Assembly: GCF_902713615.1 (NCBI RefSeq)
Contig: NC_052158.1
Location: 32,095,990 to 32,159,989 of the forward strand
Length of the DNA: 64,000 nt
Source: Scyliorhinus canicula
Taxonomy: Eukaryota
Direction: 5' to 3'
A program made the translations under genes and the position numbers. Numbering within the stretch: the stretch's first letter is position 1; each line of letters starts with the position of its first letter. The notes beneath the pieces are model-generated. The model worked only from the letters and a program-made list of their open reading frames with translations, did no database searches and had not been told where the DNA came from. Shown one piece after another: positions 59,246 to 64,000 of this stretch.

Positions 59246-62200
59246 TGTCATAATATACACATCAGTATATAATGGTGCAGACACACACTGACTGACACAC
59301 TGCAAGACCAATCAACATACACAACACCGCAGCCAATCACCAGTTAGAGCACGCTCACTATAAAGCCAGAGGGCACTAGTTTTCCCGCTCATTCGGGATG
59401 CAGCCTCTGAGACGGACAGAGCTCGCAGCTCGTAGCACAAACCTTCATCATGTGCTAACAGATTAGACTGGTCAGGATAGGCATAGGTCTTCAGTTAATC
59501 TAACATATTGTCGACCCACACTGCAAGTATGTTCAACAGTTCTTCGTTTAATTAAATAGTGTTGTACTTTTACAAGTGCTGGTAGCCTGTCTATGTTACT
59601 GCTAAGATAAACGCAGTCTCCACAGATCCAGAGTACCCAACACATCATGGTACCAGTACGTGATGTTAAAATTTATTAGACCTACCTTCAAGTGATCTGC
59701 CTCTGACCTGCAATAAGGACAGCGTCCACCCCCCACCGCCGCTCCGCATCACCGGCAACCTTCAAACAGCGGTTCCAGCTTTACCTTGAAGCCACAGACT
59801 TGGAAGCTGCTTCAGACGCCAGGAAGATTGCTCTCTTCCTCTCCACGGCTGGGGACCACTCCATTCATATCTTCAACTCTCTCACTTTTGCTGAAGGTGA
59901 AGACAAGTCCAAATTGAAGACGGTTCTCCTCAAATTTGACAGTTACTGTGACATCGAGATAAGTGAAAGTTTCGAGCGCTTTGTCTTCCAACAGCGTTTG
60001 CAGGGTAAGGATGAACCTTTCCAATCTTTTCTCACCCGCCTTCGTATCCTTGCCCAGTCCTGTAATTACGGATCCACATCCGACTCCATGATACGCGACC
60101 AGATCATTTTCGGTGTACAGTCGGACCTCCTAGGCCAGCAGCTCCTCAAGGTTAAACAGCTCATCCTTACGATTGCCATCGAGATCTGCGTTCTGCATGA
60201 ACACGCCACTAGCCGATACTCGCACATTCAAGCGGCTGAAACGGCGCGGCAAGGTCCCTACGAGGCAGAACGGGTGCAAGCAATCAAGCAACTCCAGAGC
60301 CTCAGCCTGGATCAGGGCGGCCATTTTGTGCGCTTTTCACGGCCTCCAGCGCATGCGCGCACTGAATGAGAGGACGGCGGCGCCAAAGATCGCACTGTGC
60401 AGGAGCGCACAACGTACGACCGCACCGCACATGCGTGGTGGCTCGCCAAGCGTTCTGACATCACGACCTGCGCCAACTGTGACTCCACCCACTTAAAGAG
60501 GCAATGTCCTGCAAAATCCCGATGCTGCCTATAATGTGGCAAGCTTGGCCACTATGCTGCCTTATGCAGGTCTGCTCAACCTACTACCTCTCGTCGCTCT
60601 AACCAGCTACACAGGAATGTCCGCGCCATCCAGCCCACGGTCACCGAGTCCGATTCTGACCTGATGCTGGACCTTGACACCGAGGACCCGAAAGCACCAT
60701 TCCGGGTGGGCATCATTACCAAACACAAGATGCCCCCGAAGACAAAAGTCAAACCTCTCCCAATATTCAGCATTGATCCGGACGACGAGTGGCGTGCCAC
60801 CGTCACGGTCAACCGATCCCGAATCCGATTCCGCCTGGACACCGGCGCTTCAGCCAATCTCATTGCGTGATCTGACCTCGAAAGCCTCCATGTCAAGCCT
60901 ACCATCCTGCCATCAGCCTGCCAGCTATTGGACTATAATGGTAATGCCATTGCTGCCAGTGGCTCATGCCAACTTGGAAGCGGTGCACCGGTCACTAAAG
61001 GCTAACCTGCCCCTTGAAATAGTGGGATCCTCCAAAGCCTCCCTACTTGGTGCGCAAGCATGCAAACTCCTGAACCTTGTCCAAAGGGTTCACTCCCTAT
61101 CACTTGCTGATGCATCTGCATCTCAGGACACTGACTTTAGGATTCAGCTGGATGCCATCATCAACCGATACCACAGTGTATTCGAGGGCATGGGCACACT
61201 CCCATACACTTATAAGATCTTGTTGAAACCAAATGCTACGCCTGTGGTGCACGCACCTCACAGGGTCCCAGCACCCCTCAAGGACCGCCTCAAGCAGCAG
61301 CTACAGGACCTCCAGGACCAGGGAGTAATTTCAAAAGTAACGGAACCGACTGACTGGGTCAGCTCCATGGTATGTGTGAAAAAACCTTCCAGCGAATTGC
61401 GAATATGTATTGATCCCAAGGACCTCAACCGCAATATTATGAGAGAGCACTATCCCATTCCAAAACGCGAAGAACTCACCTGTGAGCTGGCACGCGCCAA
61501 ATTCTTCACCAAGCTAGACGCATCAAAGGGGTTCTGGGAGATCCAACTCGACACATCCAGTCGGAAGCTCTGCACCTTTAACACCCCATTTGGGCGGTAT
61601 TGCTACAACTGGATGCCGGGATGCCGTTTGGTATCATCTCTGCATCGGACGTGTTCCACAGGATTATGGAACAGATGATGGAAGGTATTGAAGGGGTTCA
61701 CGTCTATGTGGACGACATAATCGTCTGGTCTACCACCCCGCAGGAGCACATTGATCGCCTTCAACGTGTCTTCCGACGGATCCATGGCCTCCGCCTCAAC
61801 AGGTCCAAATGCTCCTTTGGTCAAACAGAAATTAAGTTCCTCGGAGACTACATCTCACAGTTGGGCGTGCAGCCGGATGCGGACAAGGAATCTGCCATTA
61901 AGGCCATGAAGACACCAGAGGACAAGGAAGCGGTCCTCCGCTTCCTGGGCATGGTCAACGTTCTAGGGAAATTCATCCCTAACCTCGCCTCTCACACCAC
62001 GGCTCTCAGGGACCTGGTCAAGAAGACGACAGAGTTCCAATGGTTCCCTGCCCACAAACACGAATCGTGGGAACTCAGGGCGAAGCTGACCGTGTTGGCA
62101 TTTTTTGATCCGGCCAAAGAAACAAAGATTTCCACGGATGCCAGTCAATCCGGCATTGGAGCAGTGCTCCTTCAACGTGATGATGCCTCATCATGGCTCC

Positions 62201-64000
62201 TGTTGCATACGCGTCACGTGCAATGACGCCTATCGAACAATGCTATGTGCAAATTGAAAAAGAGTACCTGGGCCTTCTTACCGGCGTCGTTAAATTCCAT
62301 GACTATGTCTATGGACTCCCAAAGTTCACAGTCGAAGCAGACCACAGACTGTTGGTCAATATCATTCAAAAAGACCTTAACGACATGACCTCTCGCCTGC
62401 GGTGTATTCTCCTTAAGCTCGGGCGTTACAACTTCGAGCTCGTCTACACCCCGGGCAACAAGTTCATTGACACTGACGCCCTCTCCTGGTCAGTCACCAT
62501 ACCCTGCAACCCAGCGGGATTCATTTGTCAGGTTGATGCTCATGTGGCATTCGCTGCTTCCAATCTGCCTGCCACGGATGAACGACTCATCCAGATTCGT
62601 TGTGAGATGGCCGATGACCCCCTGCTCCAACGTGTCATGCGCCACCTAACGGACGGGTGGTTCAAGGGCCAATGCCCTCAATTCTATAATGTTAAGGGTG
62701 ACCTGACGGTAGTAGACGGGATTCTTCTCAAGCTGGACCGTATTGTCATCCCGCATAGCATGCACAACCTTGTCCTCTAGCAGCTCCATGAGGGCTACCT
62801 GGGAGTGGAGGTGTCGCCAACAGGCCCGTGAAGCAGTGTACTGGCTTGGAATCAACGAGGACATAGCTAATGACATGCTCAACTGCCCAACATGTCAGCG
62901 ATTCCAGCCGGCCCAACCAAGGGAAACCTTGCAACCTCATGAGTTGGTCACGTCTCCCTGGACCAAGGTGGGCATCGACCTGTTCCATGCTCTTGGCCGG
63001 GACTACATCCTCATTGTGGACTATTTCCCAAACTACCCGGAGGTGGTAAGGTTGCACGACCTCGCCTCAGCTGCGGTCATTCGTGTGTGTAAGAAAAACT
63101 CCGCTCGACACGGCATCCCACTCACGGTCATGTCAAACAATGGCCCCCGTTTTGCCAGTCAGGAGTGATCCAAGTTTGCCAGACGGTACAACATCACACA
63201 TGTCACGTCCAGTCCCCCTTATCCCCAATCCAATGGTAAAGCAGAGAAGGGAGTGCACATCATAAAACGGCTCCTGTGCAAGGCGGCCAATGCTGGTTCT
63301 GATTTTTACCTTGCCTTGCTTGCCTACTGCTCCGCCCCCTTGTCCACCAGCCTGTCACCGGCTCAACTACTCATGAATCGCACGCTGCGGACAACGATGC
63401 CGTCCATTCGTGTCCCGGACCTGGCCCACGTTCCGGTCCTTTGCCGGATGCAGCTGACTCGGGCCCAACACAAATCGGCCTACGACTCCTGTGCCACGGA
63501 TCTCCCTGCTCTGGCTCCCAATGACAACGTCCCTGTCCAGCTTCCAGATGGTCGCTTGTCCTCCACTGCTGTCGTGCTCAGACAAGTGGCCCCTTGTTCA
63601 TTCTTGGTTCGTCTACCGGACGGCTCTCTTCTGCGCCGAAATAGGCGGGCACTGCGACTCCTTCCGCGCTTGCCACATGATCTTCAGGTCCTGCCTCGCC
63701 ATCACGACGACCCCATCATGGACTTTGCAGATCTCCCTGTCGCTCTGCCACCCTCTAAGTCTGACACAGTCCAGCCCATTCCAGAACCGGCGGCTCTTGA
63801 CCCACCCTTGAGGCGGTCAACCAGAATTCGTCGCCCACCTCAGAGACTAAATTTATGAACTGTCTGAATTCATGGACTCTGAATTGTTTTGTTGCTCTCT
63901 TTAATCAACTCACTGGTTTGCACATAATGTTGTTCTATCTACTATTTTGTTGCATACTGTTCACCTGCACACAACACCTTCCAATGTAAATAGATTAGTG
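59246..64000 (+). mobile_element. Near-full-length degenerate Gypsy/Ty3 retrotransposon in intron 4 (5' LTR 59246-59647, PBS, gag-pol to 63858; 3' LTR beyond window)
   Basis: TG...CA LTR followed by TGGTACCAG; gag (LSTAG..IFNSL, MIRDQIIFG); zinc knuckles; PR FRLDTGASAN; RT KLDASKGFW, YVDDII; RH STDASQSGIG; IN PWTKVGIDLF, IVDYF, SNGKAEKGV; many stops and frameshifts. Confidence 0.92.

Overview
Vertebrate genomic DNA, most likely an elasmobranch (shark). The basis is HE1/V-SINE-type SINEs, esterase-ORF1 CR1 LINEs and a shark-like class I protein; this is inference and no search was run. The only host gene I can support is an MHC class I heavy-chain gene on the + strand. It has an SXY promoter module (~40194-40255), a leader exon (40394-40439), alpha1 (52495-52755), alpha2 (52962-53234) and alpha3 (58619-58882), all with phase-1 junctions and an open spliced frame. 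TM/cytoplasmic exons are not in the window. Its peptide-anchoring residues look nonclassical. Almost everything else is transposon-derived: two young near-full-length CR1s in inverted orientation, an L1/Tx1-type LINE, several Gypsy elements and solo LTRs, many SINEs, a decayed gag-pol-env retrovirus resembling lokiretroviruses, and a three-deep nest of PIF/Harbinger elements. Most striking structure: introns 1 and 3 of the class I gene each open with a G-rich minisatellite whose unit contains the splice donor. Intron 3 is about 5.3 kb and roughly 200 tandem copies of the alpha2 exon end plus GTGAGT. TE boundaries are approximate unless a TSD or TIR is quoted.
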